A stretch of DNA of 64,000 nt, taken from Felis catus (lineage: Eukaryota). Location: positions 234,982,001-235,046,000 of the forward strand of contig NC_058368.1 in assembly GCF_018350175.1 (NCBI RefSeq). Reading direction: 5' to 3'. The first letter of the stretch is position 1. The number at the start of each line of letters is the position of its first letter. Below the pieces are notes generated by a model, which worked only from the letters and a program-made list of their open reading frames with translations, made no database searches and was not told the origin of the DNA. Shown here in pieces: positions 24,810-36,850 of the stretch. Position numbers and translations under genes: made by a program.

Positions 24810-25060
24810 GAAATTAATGACATTTGAAGCCAACGTACATACAACCTAAATGACATGGACAAGTTTCCAGAAACATACAACTTACCAAATCATAAAATAA
24901 GAAATATTGAACCTTAATATCCCCATAAAATCAAAAAGATTGAATTTAAAATCTTCATTTGAAAACCCCACAGTCTCTAATGTTTTACCTGTGGTGCCAT
25001 CAATCATTGAAAGATGATGGAAATACCAGCACCGGTTTTAGCTAAACACTTCCAAATCTG
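24810..25060 (+). mobile_element. Ancient L1 ORF2 internal fragment (upstream of the RT domain)
   Basis: ACAACCTAAATGACATGGACAAGTTTCCAGAAACATACAACTTACCAAA encodes NLNDMDKFPETYNLP, matching L1 ORF2 NLDEMDKFLETYNLP. Confidence 0.8.
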
Positions 25061-27329
25061 TTTCCAGAGCTAGAGAAACCAGCCCCACCCCTCTGGACTC
25101 CAGGGGCATTTTACAGGTGATGGGGTACAGCAGAGGCTGAACGAGGAGGGTGGAGATCTCCCCATGTGCCATAAAGCTTTGTGGGTGTCCTGTCGGCTGC
25201 TGGAGGTGAAATCCACATCAGATCCCAGGTAAAGAACTTAGTGACTCCAAGAGGAAAAACTGCAGGCACACTCACAGAACGTCATGCTTTTGAGATGCCT
25301 GTGGTCCTGGCTCACGGGTGTCCTTGAACATCATACCACATCCCTTGGCCATATCCTTCCTCAGGCTTCGTGGACAGCCACGAAGAGATTTCAGTCAGTA
25401 AGTGGTTGAAATATATCACTGACATTCCTTGTTGTTCAAGGTCAGCACTGTATGAGTGAATACTGGGTGCTTGAGTTCAGCCTCGTGTGACAGGAACGGG
25501 TCCCCTGAGGACCCAGGCATGTGCCCCGTTCAGCGCATAATGGACAGGATGAATGCAAGTGCCCTTAATAATTGGGCGAGCTATGCTTTAATGCATTTAC
25601 TTGTCTAAAGAGGGGGGATCAGTTGGGCAACTTCAAAGGCGCTTACAAGACCTGCCAACAGGCTATGACATTCCCGCTCCTGCACACAGGGTCGCACAGC
25701 TGGAGATCAGACCAGGTGATGGGCAGAGGGACAGATGTGACAAGCCCTCCCAGGTGGGGCAGTCAGTGACGTGTGCGAGCCAGCGAGGCAAGAATGCGGA
25801 AAACAGAAGCTCCGCGCAGGGCGATGCACAGCAGTGACCTCCCAGCCCGGGGTCTTCCGGGGGCCAGGACAGCCCACGGAAGTGCCAGCGAAGAGGGAGC
25901 AGGGAGGCCACCTTGGCTGGCATGCCGCCCTCTGACGGGGAGGGGGAGCCTCTGGCCGCGGACAGCGTGGCTGTCCCTTCGTGGCTCTCCCCGCCTGCTG
26001 CCATTAAATGGTGTCACCTCCTCTGTTCCGTTTGCAGGTGCTGTGAGCCTGCTCTCTAATGAGCCTTCCGATTCGCTTTCCTACGTGGGTCTACTCACAA
26101 GGAGAAAATGTGCCAGCTCTGCCAACGGGAATATTTCATTCGGAATAACAATGAGATGGTTCACATTGTAGAATTAGCCAATTGGTCTTCTTGTTTTCTC
26201 CGGCAGTCTCAAGGGCTTGGTTTACCCGGGCGTGATCCTGATGCGATGGACCTTCTCAGTGACCACAGGGTCACGTTCCTGGGTCTGGCGTGCCGAGGTC
26301 AGACCCTAACCGGACACACCTTCACCAGGGTCACCCACGCTGGGGTGTGGGACACGACTCTGCACCGTCTCTCTGCCTTTGGCCGTGTTCTGGCTTCTCC
26401 GATTTGAGGCGCCAGCAAGAGTGAGTGTTACCAGCCGCGGGAGACACTTCTGGGAGACACTAAACGGCAGGATGAAGGACAGCCCAGAGACATGTGTCAT
26501 GCCAGGCATATTATTGATAAAACAAAAACCAAGCCATAAGGACTTCTTTATACCAGGAGAAAAAAGAATTCTGAAAGGTTTCCATGAAGCAAGAGATAAT
26601 ACATGCATTGGCATCAGAATTATTAATTAGGCTATACACTGCATCACGAATAATATCTTTACTTGCTGCCTCATACGCTGTTTTCTATCCGTGAAAGAAA
26701 CATATTTAAGAAATCTCCCCAAGTTCGTTGACTAAAGACCCCACCGCCCTCCTGATTTTTCCTACAGGAAAAACGAACCCTTCAGTTGTGAATTTTCTGA
26801 CCGGGGATGTTCAGCATTTCGGCCAAGGTGGGCAGAGAAGTTACACTGAACACCCACTGAATTCCTGACCAAATGTGATTGTTACTTTGCAGACATCAGA
26901 GGACTCCCTCCAAGTTAATTCAGTCCATACACATGCAAGGTAATCAGCAAGGTTAAATGCTAACACATTGAACACATCCGGGCCGCTTTGACCTTTCTTT
27001 TATCCCAACCAAATAATGTCTCTCTGATTTTATCAGCTCAACATGTCAGTTGCTAGAGGCTTAATAGCCCTGTCCCTGGAGAGGGAAAAAAGGCACTCAA
27101 GAGTCCCAGTTGTCTGCGGAAAGAACAGGACACGGGGCCGAGCTGGTGTTTAGCTCTGACCTTTTTTAAAGCGGCAGAGAAAGAGACCTCGCAAAACAGC
27201 TCTGCGCAAAAGCCGTCGGGGAAGGCGGTTGGGGCTGTGACTCAGGACTCGCCAGGCTCTGCCCTCTCAGGGTGGCCCTACCTCTTCTCAAGATTTTTCC
27301 TCAACAGCCACCAAGTCCGTAACTGTAAC

Positions 27330-28650
27330 CAGTCGTTCATTCCGTGGTCTGTGCCGGAGTCCTTGCTGGATACCAGATTTGCAGGTGTGAACAGGCTCCC
27401 TTGTCCTTGTGAGAGCTGGGGGGACGGTGGACGGGTTGGCTTAAAGAAGGCTTCTGACGGGGGGGGGGGGGGGGGGATGGTGGGCAGCGGGCTGGGGAGT
27501 AAAGTGGGTGGAGAAGCCGGCCAGGTGAGGCTGCCGAGGGTGGTTCAGGCTATGACCTGGCACGGAAACGACAGGAAGTGTCAGAAGTGCTCAGAGAGAG
27601 CAAGGGGTCAGGGGACAGGACCTAGATGGGGTGAGGGGGGGCTGGGAGGGGGGACCGGGGGGCAGGGCAAGAGAGGAAGCTGGTTCTCAGCAGATTTCAG
27701 ACCACGAAAGTTCTTTAAACTCTGTCCTTTAAACTGTGGAGCAACACTGAGAGTTTTGTTTTTGTCTTTCAAAGAGGGAGTGACAAGATCTAATGTGTAT
27801 TTTGGAAAGACCTTTGTAGGACCGGAGGAGAGTTTGGGGACAGACGAGAGCCAAAGTGGCCGGTCTACAGCGGTGAGGATGGCAGAAATATTGGGGGGGG
27901 GGGACAGCTGCTGGGTGTGGGTTCCCGGTGTAAGCACCGGGAGAGAGGTGATACTCCTCACAGAGCTCAGGGCCACGGAGGGGGCCGTCGGGAAGGCGTC
28001 AGGACTCGTGCACCGGGGACTCTGGGGCCCATGAGTGTGAAGCTGAGCAGGCAGCCCCAGTCACAGAACTGGAGGAGCCCATCCGCCCACAGACGGGTGG
28101 GTGGGAAAGGCCGATGCAGAGCTCTGGGGTTCGGGAACCGTGACCAGGTGTGCCCCTGAGGAGGACTGCATTGAGAAGCGGGCACCACTCAACAAAGGGG
28201 GCTCATGGGATGGGGCAGGGCAGGGCGGGGGGTCAAGGGAGCAGCTCCCTAAACAAATTCCTGAGACGGGACCAGAGAGTGTTTAATAGATCCAGCCATA
28301 AAGAAGGCATTGATGACCCAGGTAAGAAGGGATCCCCGGGCTAGACTGGGATCTAGCAAATGGCCGATTCCTGGTGAGGAGGGAGCCCGGTGGTCAAGGA
28401 TGCTGGCCATGGGGGGCATAGCGCCACAGGCTGGGGAAGACCCAGGCACCATGAAGCGCAGAGGGAAGGTTCCAGGAGCAAGGGAAGCACTGACCACTTG
28501 AGCAGGCGCGCTGATTAACGGAGAAAGCCTTGGAGGAACGGGTGGGCCATGGAAGCTTGGGTCACCCAAGCAGGAAGGATGGACAGGATGGTCACGGGAG
28601 CAGAAATGGACCTTCACTCCCTACGACGCTCTCATGGAGTACATTTTCTG
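27330..28650 (-). mobile_element. GC-drifted L2 relic
   Basis: Antisense L2 hallmarks, e.g. CTGTCCTTTAAACTGTGGAGCAACACTGAGAGTTTTG...GAGGGAGTGACAAGATCTAATGTGTATTTTGGAAAGACC; boundaries approximate. Confidence 0.55.
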
Positions 28651-30759
28651 TTTTTAAAAACAGGTACCTAGTAATAACATGAAGTATGTGCCCAGATGCG
28701 CAGGTAAGTTTATAGCACGTAGCAGATGTGACAAAGGGTCAGCAGCGATTAAGTTTCATCGACCTTATTTTTACAATCTTTGGTTGTGTTTCTGCTGTCC
28801 CCTAAAGAAGCGAAGGGTCTGCACCAAGCTGACTTGGCCCATTTGGTCTCTGTCCCTCCCCACCGCCCCCCACATTTAACTACCCAGCTTAGCCATGAAT
28901 CCAGGGACAGAGGCACATAGCTCGAAGAAGGCACAGCAACAGGGGACGTGAAGAAGCAGAAATACGTACCTGGACCAAGCGTCAACAGCAGGAATCAGCT
29001 ACTACTCCTGTCCCACCTCCTGATCAAATCTTTCACCTTCTATCTGATTCACACTCTACTCTCGATGCCACCATCATGAACACTTGGCACCAGCCTCCAA
29101 TTCCTTTACGCTGTTTCTCAAATTAGTCTTCTTCTTCCATGTTCACAGCCACTGCCCTGATGTGGGACCCTATGGCTTGACACACGGACCGTTTGAGGGA
29201 CCACCAGACTGGGTTCCTCCTTACGACCTTTCCCTCTCCTGGTTTCTGCACATCTCTGCCACGTGAATGTGGCCGGATCTCCTGTACGATTCAGTTGTGA
29301 TATTTACACCACCGATGTTGCTGGTGAGTTTCTGATACGGCCAGGCGACCTATCCCCACTAGGTTTTAACATCCTAGAGGGCTGGACGAGGGCTTCTGGT
29401 CATTTCTCCAATAGTTGAATGTGTCGATAAGTCATAGAATGCGTGAAATTACTTAGATTCCCTAAGGCATCAGTACCTTGCTGAGTATGAGTCAGGGGAC
29501 GAACAGGTGTCTAACACGGTGCCCACTGAGGACCGGCCGAGGCGCTGGCGGCTAGGAAGGGCGGTGGATAGAGGACTCGATGTCTGGCAGTGGGGACCAG
29601 CTCAGAGGCAAATTTAACCACCCTCCAACCTTTTCCAAGAGCCTGAAAACCCAAACCACCTACAGACAGAGAAAGGACCGCGCAGGGCTGTTTTTGCCTG
29701 GTGTCCCGGGGTGGTGTCAGTGTTTCTAGCTCCCAACTTCTGGACACAAGGTAGGAGTACAAGTTCATGCTCCCGTGAGCACGGACGGTCATAGGCTGGG
29801 GCACGGGGACTGTGAGAAGTCACGTGTGACCCTTGTAGCCGATGTCACCGGCCCTAATCTCTCCCGCCTGCTGCAAGTGGGGGCTGCGTCCACCCAGGTG
29901 CCTGAGGGACCACAGTGGGCAGAACCCTCAGGGCAGGAGGTCCGAGCAAAACAGCGAGCTGTGTCGTAAACAAGGCCCCGCGGCTTGGGGTTGTTTCCAT
30001 AAAGTAAGGTGACTCTAGTGACCACCACAGTTGCTGACTTTGTTTTTAGTTCCTTTTAGATGGGTTAACGGCCCCGTGTGAATCTTCCATATACTGTGCT
30101 TTTTTTTTTTTTCTCCCCCCACAAGGGAAGGACAAGGTTAAGCTGCTTTCTTAGTAAAATCATGTGCAGATTATTCATTAGCTGAGTCAATGGGCTGTTG
30201 ATCCTTTGGGCTTTAGTTTTATACGTTGCATAGTACTGAGCTCTTACAACACTTGAACCATTGTAATTCATTTAAAATGGGCCACGAAAGGATATTCCAC
30301 GAGTAGAAAGTGAGGAATATGATTGTTGTTGTTTTCATAGAATGTGAGCTAAGTAACCTAGGCACCCATGTGCCATCAGTGAGAACGGGACCACATCACT
30401 TGGTGTTAGTAAATATCTGGAGATTATTCCACTTCGTAACTGTTACGCACAGGGACACGGTAAAGAAAGCCTTCCTGAACACACGAGGCCGCTCCTGGTA
30501 GAACATGTCTTCTGGAGAGAAGGTCTTACCCACCCTGCAGTCCCAATGGATAGCACGGCAAATAGCACAGAGCAGGGGGGAAAGAAATCTTAAATAATCA
30601 GCGTTTCCAAATCTATATTATTGTCCTACTTATCTTAAAATATACAACAACGTGCGTTAAGCACCTAAATAGATAAATCTGTATCAATATCTTTTGAATG
30701 AACAGACAGACCAAGGTAGAGAGGAAGACAGGTCTGTCAGTCTAAATGTACATCTCCTC

Positions 30760-30978
30760 GGGGCCCCTGGGTGGCTCAGTTGGTTAAGCATCCAACTCTT
30801 GGTTTCAGCTCCGGTCACGATTTTGCAGGTCATGAGATCGAGCCCCGTGTCGGGTTCTGCGCTGACAGCATGGGGACTGCTTGGGCTTCTGTCTGTCTCC
30901 CTCTCTCTCTGTCCCTCCCCTGCAGGCGCTCGTTCTCTCTCTCTCCCTCAAAATAAATGAATACACATTAAGAAAAAT
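30760..30978 (+). mobile_element. Can-SINE (Fc2-like)
   Basis: Full element; degenerate TSD AAATGTACATCTCCTC / AAAGTACCTCTCCTC. Confidence 0.95.
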
Positions 30979-31232
30979 AAAGTACCTCTCCTCAAAGGAA
31001 ATGGTGGAAAGTTTGCTGGATGCCACATTTGCCCAATGGCCATCATGGCAGCTGGTGATGCAGATGGGTTAAATTCTTCTGCTAAAAATTGTGGCATGCA
31101 AATTATATTCACATAGGGCGTATACGTACTTTTTAATCAGAAAGAATAATACAAACTGCCTGGCATTCAATGTTTGAAGTAGGACAGGAGTCTACACACG
31201 TATTAGTTTCTCAAGTCAAAAATTTAAAAGTC

Positions 31233-31452
31233 GGGGCGCCTGGGTGGCGCAGTCGGTTAAGCGTCCGACTTCAGCCAGGTCACGATCTCGCGGTCCGTGA
31301 GTTCGAGCCCCGCGTCAGGCTCTGGGCTGATGGCTCGGAGCCTGGAGCCTGTTTCCGATTCTGTGTCTCCCTCTCTCTCTGTCCCTCCCCCGTTCATGCT
31401 CTGTCTCTCTCTGTCCCCAAAATAAATAAAAACGTTGAAAAAAAATTAAAAA
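31233..31452 (+). mobile_element. Young SINEC_Fc
   Basis: CpG-intact head GGGGCGCCTGGGTGGCGCAGTCGGTTAAGCGTCCGACTTC; perfect 15-bp TSD AAAAATTTAAAAGTC (31218-31232, 31453-31467). Confidence 0.98.
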
Positions 31453-31864
31453 AAAAATTTAAAAGTCAAGAAAGTAGAAGGCCCGTGCTGTGTACAAGGA
31501 ATTTCTTGCGTAGTTTGAATAACTGGGTTGTAGAGAGTCATTGCAAGAGAGAAGCTTCAACCATTTATTTCTTCGTGCCATCAGCCGTGGCTCCGACATG
31601 CATCATCGCCTGTTTGTTACGAGTTCCGTTGTGTTGTCTCTACAAGGTGTGGCCGTGGAATTTACACCTTGCCGGAGGAGAGCTCTTTCGGCTCCATCAG
31701 AAGGAGCATCCAACCAACGATTTGGAGAATTTCGTGTCTCATCCACCTGGAAGCTGGAGGTAAGCTGTTTCAAGGGTGGTAGTTCTGACACGTTCGTGTC
31801 ATCAAGGAGCAGGTAAGTTCCATCCCTCTGTTAGCCTCAGTGTATTGACTTTGTTCCCCCTCCG

Positions 31865-32293
31865 TTTATTTTTATTTATTTTGAGAGAGCTAGAGAGCAA
31901 GCAGGGGAGGGACAGAGAGAGAGGGAGACAGAACCCCAAGCAGGCTCCACGCTGCCAGCCCAGAGCCCGAGACGAGGCTTGAACTCACAAACTGTGAGAC
32001 CGTAACCTGAGCTGAAATCAAGAGTTGGACGCTGAGGGGCATCCCGGTGGCCCAGTCGGTTGGGCGTCTGACTTCAGCTCAGGTCATGACTTCACGGTTC
32101 GTGGGTTCAAGCCCTTCGTCGGACTCTGTTCTGGCAGCTCGGAGCCTGGAGCCTGCTTCCGATTCTGTGTCTCCCTCTCTCTCTGCCCCAACCCTGCTCA
32201 TGCTCTCTCTCTCTCTCTCCCAAAAATAAACAAACATTACGAAAAAAAATAAAAGAGTCAGACGCTTAACTGACTGAGCCACCCAGGCGCCCC
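31865..32293 (-). mobile_element. Can-SINE (Fc2-like) split by a nested SINE
   Basis: Tail and body at 31865-32035, head at 32253-32293 (GACGCTTAACTGACTGAGCCACCCAGGCGCCCC). Confidence 0.93.
32036..32252 (+). mobile_element. SINEC_Fc nested in opposite orientation inside another SINE
   Basis: Full element flanked by TSD AAGAGTTGGACGCTGA (32020-32035) / AAGAGTCAGACGCTTA (32253-32268). Confidence 0.95.
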
Positions 32294-33010
32294 TCAACTT
32301 ATGGACTTTTACCCAGACTATTGAAACTTTAGTAGCACTGCAAAAGAAAACCATGGTTCCAAACACCGTGTCCTCCTCAAAGGGGGAAGGAGAATTTCTT
32401 TTCAAGCGTACTGTTTATCAGGGAATTAGGGTTTTCCAGAAAGCCACCAGCGGTCTTAGCCATAAATTTCAAAGTGAAAGGAAAGTCAAGCATTGTGCTA
32501 ACTGTTCATCAATACTCAGCCAACGTTCCTGCCATGTATACCAACACACCCCCCTTTTGTGTACTGAAGGGCTGGACGTCTAAAAGCTGCATTTCCGAAA
32601 CTTCCTTCCGGCTGGAGTCCTGGATGGTGAGCTGTCGGTGAGATCCTCTTGCAAGAAATGTCCAACTTAGAACTGAGGTCGGAGCCACCTGCCTGACGTT
32701 GTGGCTGCCAGGGGACCGGCAGAAGTGGATTCATTCAGTGGCTGGAATCACATTCCAGGGTGTCGATGGCAGCAAGGGGAGATGAGGGCTGGGCAGTGCC
32801 AGGAATGACAGAGGCAGCGGCGGCCCCCTGCCCCCCTCCTGGTTCCCCCTGTGGGGTTGAAACCATCCATGGTCCCTCCAACCCCCCACTACTCCGGCTC
32901 TTCTGATGATGCTAGAACCTTTAGTTCCCGTGTTCAGTGACACTCGGCTTGCCGTGCCTCACGCGGACAGTGCCTTAGAGCGTTTTTCATGTTCTACACG
33001 CACTTTTATA

Positions 33011-33183
33011 TGGAGTGCGAGCGGGGGAGGGGCAGAGAGAGAGGGAGGCGCAGAATCCGAAGCAGGCTCCAGGCTCCAAGATGTCAGCAGAGAGCCCGAC
33101 ACGGGACTTGAACCCACGAACTAGGAGATCATGACCTGAGCTGAAGTCGGACGCTTAATCCACTGAGCCACCCACGTGCCCCC
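33011..33183 (-). mobile_element. Can-SINE lacking its A-rich tail
   Basis: GAGTGCGAGCGGGGGAGGGGCAGAGAGA...GAGCCACCCACGTGCCCC; no poly-T at the left edge. Confidence 0.92.
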
Positions 33184-33303
33184 AAAAAGTAACCTTTTAA
33201 AAACCTACTCTGAAAGTTTTCATTTTATAAAATTCAGCTTCGGTTGACAATTAGTTCTTTCCTCCTATAAGATATATTTCTGGAGGTGTTACGAATGCAT
33301 TCA

Positions 33304-33508
33304 GGGCTGCTTTGGTGTCTCAGTCAGTTGAGCCTCCGAGTTTGGCTCAGGTCATGATTTCAAGGTTTGTCAGTTCGAGCCCCACGTTGGGCTCTCTGTT
33401 ATCAGTGAGGACCCTGCTTTGGGTCCTCTGTCCCCCTCTCTCTGCCCCTCCCCCACGTGCTCTCTCTCTCTCTCTCTCTCTCAAAAATAAATAAACATTT
33501 TTTAAAAA
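33304..33508 (+). mobile_element. Can-SINE
   Basis: Diverged head, CT tract, tail; TSD GAATGCATTCA (33293-33303, 33509-33519). Confidence 0.94.
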
Positions 33509-33689
33509 GAATGCATTCAAATACCTTTCATATGGTGTTCTACTATTTGGGGGAGATGATACATTAATTCTGACTTGTTACTTTTATTTACTTGGCAAGG
33601 CAATGGAGTCCAGTCTCCTTCCAGATTTGACCTTGGAGAAGTGCACGGAGAATCTCAGCCCCCTTCTTGGAGGATGATGTTGTAGGCAG

Positions 33690-34200
33690 GACCCCATGGC
33701 TGGGCCTTGACCTGTTTGCCAGCAGGTCTCACCCTTGACCCTTCCCTGCCCTGTCTGTAGCACAGGGACATTTGCTCCCTGGACTGCCCATCCGCCACCC
33801 TGTGTCACCTGATTCTTACCGCCTTGGACCAGGGCTGGCCTGGAGGGAGACTGACAGTGGAGGAAGGGAGAAGGCTAGCTACTTCCGCCTCCACTCCATC
33901 CACGAGGGGTGCCATCTCCGTAATCTCATATTGTTCTCTCTAGCTCAGGCTCTTACCAGAAAATTCCACCAGGGTTTTCTTTTCTGCGTCATGACCTCAG
34001 CCCTGGACCCTGGGAGAACCACCCACTCCCAACATCTAGCCTGGCAAAATTGCGTATTGATTCCTCCTCCTTACCTCGCGTTCCTGTGTAGCTTCTGAGC
34101 TCTCGCACTGCTGTGTAAACAATTCCCTAGATTATCTTCCCTGTGTTTCCAGTTTTAGAGCGGTTTCTCTTTCTGCGGTCCAGTCCTCTTCTCCCTAGAC
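33690..34200 (+). mobile_element. ERVL solo LTR (LTR33-like)
   Basis: CCCTTCCCTGCCCTGTCTGTAGCACAGGG...CCCTGGACTGCCCATCC...GGAGACTGACAGTGGAGGAAGGGAGAAGGCTAG...CTGTGTAAACAATTCCCTAGATTA resembles LTR33. Confidence 0.55.
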
Positions 34201-34975
34201 ACAGGCAGATGGAACTGGAAGTGCTTGGGAGTTGATGCTTCTTGGGGAGGAGACAGGGTCAATAAAATAGAGAGGCCTCAAATAGATTGCACAGACAAGG
34301 AGAGCTGGTTAATGAATAGCTCGACCTGAAGTTTAGAGTCAAAAAAGGTTGTTCACGTGGCCAGGGGAGACCAGAGCAAGCGACATCAGTCGAAACAGGC
34401 AAATGAGCGATTGTTTGCGCACTGCGAGGTGGTGGGATGCTGGTCCGTGACGGCTGCATAGAGGCCGCAGCCTGGCCTGTGGCAATGAGGCACCCACTTG
34501 TGCCCACCGTGGGCAGAATTTTCAAACATCCTCTAAGTGAACAAAGTGGACATTGGGTCGGATGGCACCACGTTACCGTTCTCAGAAAACAACTTGGCCC
34601 GCTGTCTTTCACTGTACTTGAGCTATCACCCTTGATGCACTGCGAGACTTCTGAGTATACCCCCAGAAATCAGAGCGCCGTAAAGCCATCTCTGTTATTA
34701 CCCCGATGAGAGTTAGAAAGCCATTTTGTAAAACAATGGAATAGACTAAGAGTGAGCTTTTCTGGAAGAGAGGCAAGGAATCACGTGGAGCAGGTTATGT
34801 AGCTAGTGGGGCGTGGTCTCAACAGGCGGTATCCGAGTGAACTTAGAAAAACGGTCACAAACACGCCTTTTTCGTGATGATGTCCATGGCCTGTGGCCCA
34901 TGCAGGAGACTGCTATACGAACCCCACACTGGATCTAGAGGGGATAAGAAAAGAGCTTAGTGGAAAGTTTGTCTT

Positions 34976-35015
34976 GGGCTCACTTTGGTAACGCATGTAC
35001 AAAAATTGGAACTAT
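34976..35015 (+). pseudogene. RNU6: U6 snRNA 5' fragment (nt 1-40), retroposed pseudogene
   Basis: GGGCTCACTTTGGTAACGCATGTACAAAAATTGGAACTAT vs U6 GTGCTCGCTTCGGCAGCACATATACTAAAATTGGAACGAT: 31/40 ungapped, starting at U6 nt 1. Confidence 0.8.
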
Positions 35016-35146
35016 TTGTTTTCTTTTCCCTTTTTTTTTTGTAGATCTTCTACAGCTGCTAGGATTGACACTTCTCTTTTCAGATAGAAGAACTATTGTC
35101 AAATTGTCAATAACTAACATTCAATTCTCCAGAAGACCTAGAAATC

Positions 35147-35337
35147 GAGGGTTGATGGGGAGGGGGCGGGGAAGAGGGGAAAATGGGGGATGGGCATCGA
35201 GGCGGGTACTTGTTGGGATGAGCACTGGGTGTCGTATGGAAGCAACGAATCAGGGGCATCTACCCCTGAAACCAAGAACACGCTGTATACACTGTATGTT
35301 AGCTAACTGGACAATAAATTATAATTGAAAAAAAAAA
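35147..35337 (+). mobile_element. Short 5'-truncated feliform L1 3' end
   Basis: GAGGGTTGATGGGG...TTGTTGGGATGAGCACTGGGTGTCGTATG...CACTGTATGTTAGCTAACTGGACAATAAA plus A10 tail. Confidence 0.93.
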
Positions 35338-36679
35338 GAAATGGAAATTTTGGTGTGACCAATGTGACAGTTAAGCTGGCAGGCCACACAAACCCTTGGG
35401 TGAGTTTCTCTGTATCCTTTTTCTTGAAAACACTATCATAAATCGATAGTAATTGGGAATACATGGGTGTATATATGTATTATGTGTATGTATATGCATT
35501 TGTATACGCATATACATACGTTATATTTTGTATTATATTATATACATATATTATCTTTTCACTCTTTCAAAGTACTCTTGAATGACCTGAATAGGATAGA
35601 GAGGCCGTGTGGAATTTAATCAGATTTCCTGAGCCCCCTTCCTTCCAACTGAAAATACAGCCAATCAAATCCAATTGTTGGTGTCGCCATGAGTATTGAG
35701 ACTTTCCCTAGATGCTAGTTACTCTTCCCTTTCTTAACAGAGAGAGGATCTGAGACACACAATCATTCTCCTGCCTTATTTGCTTATAGTCTTCATTTCC
35801 AACCTCTGTAAAACCAAAAGGAAGCCGGATTTCTCTGTAAACTTTTACCATCGGCGTGCTGGGGCACCAGACTCGTACACTTCATCATTATCCGGAACAG
35901 TTGCAAATCTTAAATGAACACGTCAATTATTCATGAGTCTAAGGTCCTGAATGCCAACTATAAATTATTAATCAGCAGATGTAAATATTTAAAAACCCTG
36001 GTGAGAAACACATTCTGTGAAAGCATTTCTGCAACAGAGTGGATAAACACCAATTTTTAAAGCAAAGGGTGGTGGTCACATAACAGCATTTATTCAAAAC
36101 TCTGCACGATGGGGTTAAGCGTGTGATTCCAAAGCTGCTTTCATTCTGCCCTTAGCGTGGTATCTTCGGTGCCACGGCCAGTGCGCTGAACCTTTGTGGG
36201 AACCGAATCTGTATCTGGTTCTTTGGATCTTGGACGGTCTGAGCCATTTCTTTTAATTTTTGTCTTGAATACAATTTTTACCTTGGGTTAAAATAACTGT
36301 GTTTTGGTTGACTTAGAGAGGTGCTTCCATTCTGTCCAACCTTTTCCCTGTTGAAGTGAAAATGTCTTTTTGTCTGTCTGTCCTTTTGCTGTTCCTTTTC
36401 CTCAGACCAACTTTGCTCCCCTCTCTCTGCCCTTCAATCCTACCGCGTCTTTAATTTTCAGCTCCTTGGCTCTGCCTTCTGTGAATATTTCTCTGTACTT
36501 CTCAGTGGGAATTAGCGGTTCCTTCCAATTATTTTCGTTCCCTTTGGCCTCCATGCCTCTGGTAGCACCCTGCGTGCGGGAGGAGCTCGGGTGGAGGAAG
36601 GAACACGTTAATTTGCAGGTGCTGCGTTGGATTCAAGATGAGCTTTTGTCCTTCCTCTTTCAAGGAAGCAGCATATCCT

Positions 36680-36850
36680 AACGACTAAGAGCCCTGACGT
36701 CGAAGCCAGAATAGATGTGGGTGGCTCTAGACTGTCCTCATAAGGCTGTTGTGAGTTTTAAATGAAATAATAAGAGAGAAACACGGCACAGGGCTTGGGC
36801 CCCAGGAGGTACATGGGAAGTTGTAGTGATTGCTGTTCATGCATTTTTAT
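36680..36850 (+). mobile_element. MIR relic
   Basis: CCTCATAAGGCTGTTGTGAGTTTTAAATGAAATAA...GCACAGGGCTTGG is the MIR 3' core. Confidence 0.7.

Noticed and set aside
26015..26175. Possible exon after acceptor-like CTCCTCTGTTCCGTTTGCAG
   Set aside because: No convincing donor downstream, no recognisable peptide and no partner exons; it may be regulatory, but I cannot support that.
27237..28034. Longest ORF (265 aa)
   Set aside because: GTG start, Gly-rich from G homopolymers, lies in an antisense L2 relic, with no recognisable domain or splice structure.
31233..31310. tRNA gene-like A and B boxes
   Set aside because: These are the tRNA-derived heads of Can-SINEs, with no complete cloverleaf.
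31170..31763. 197-aa ORF and the many ORFs with AQSVKRPTSAQVMIS / GAWVAQ / EPGACFRFCVSLSL peptides
   Set aside because: Read-through of Can-SINE sequence.
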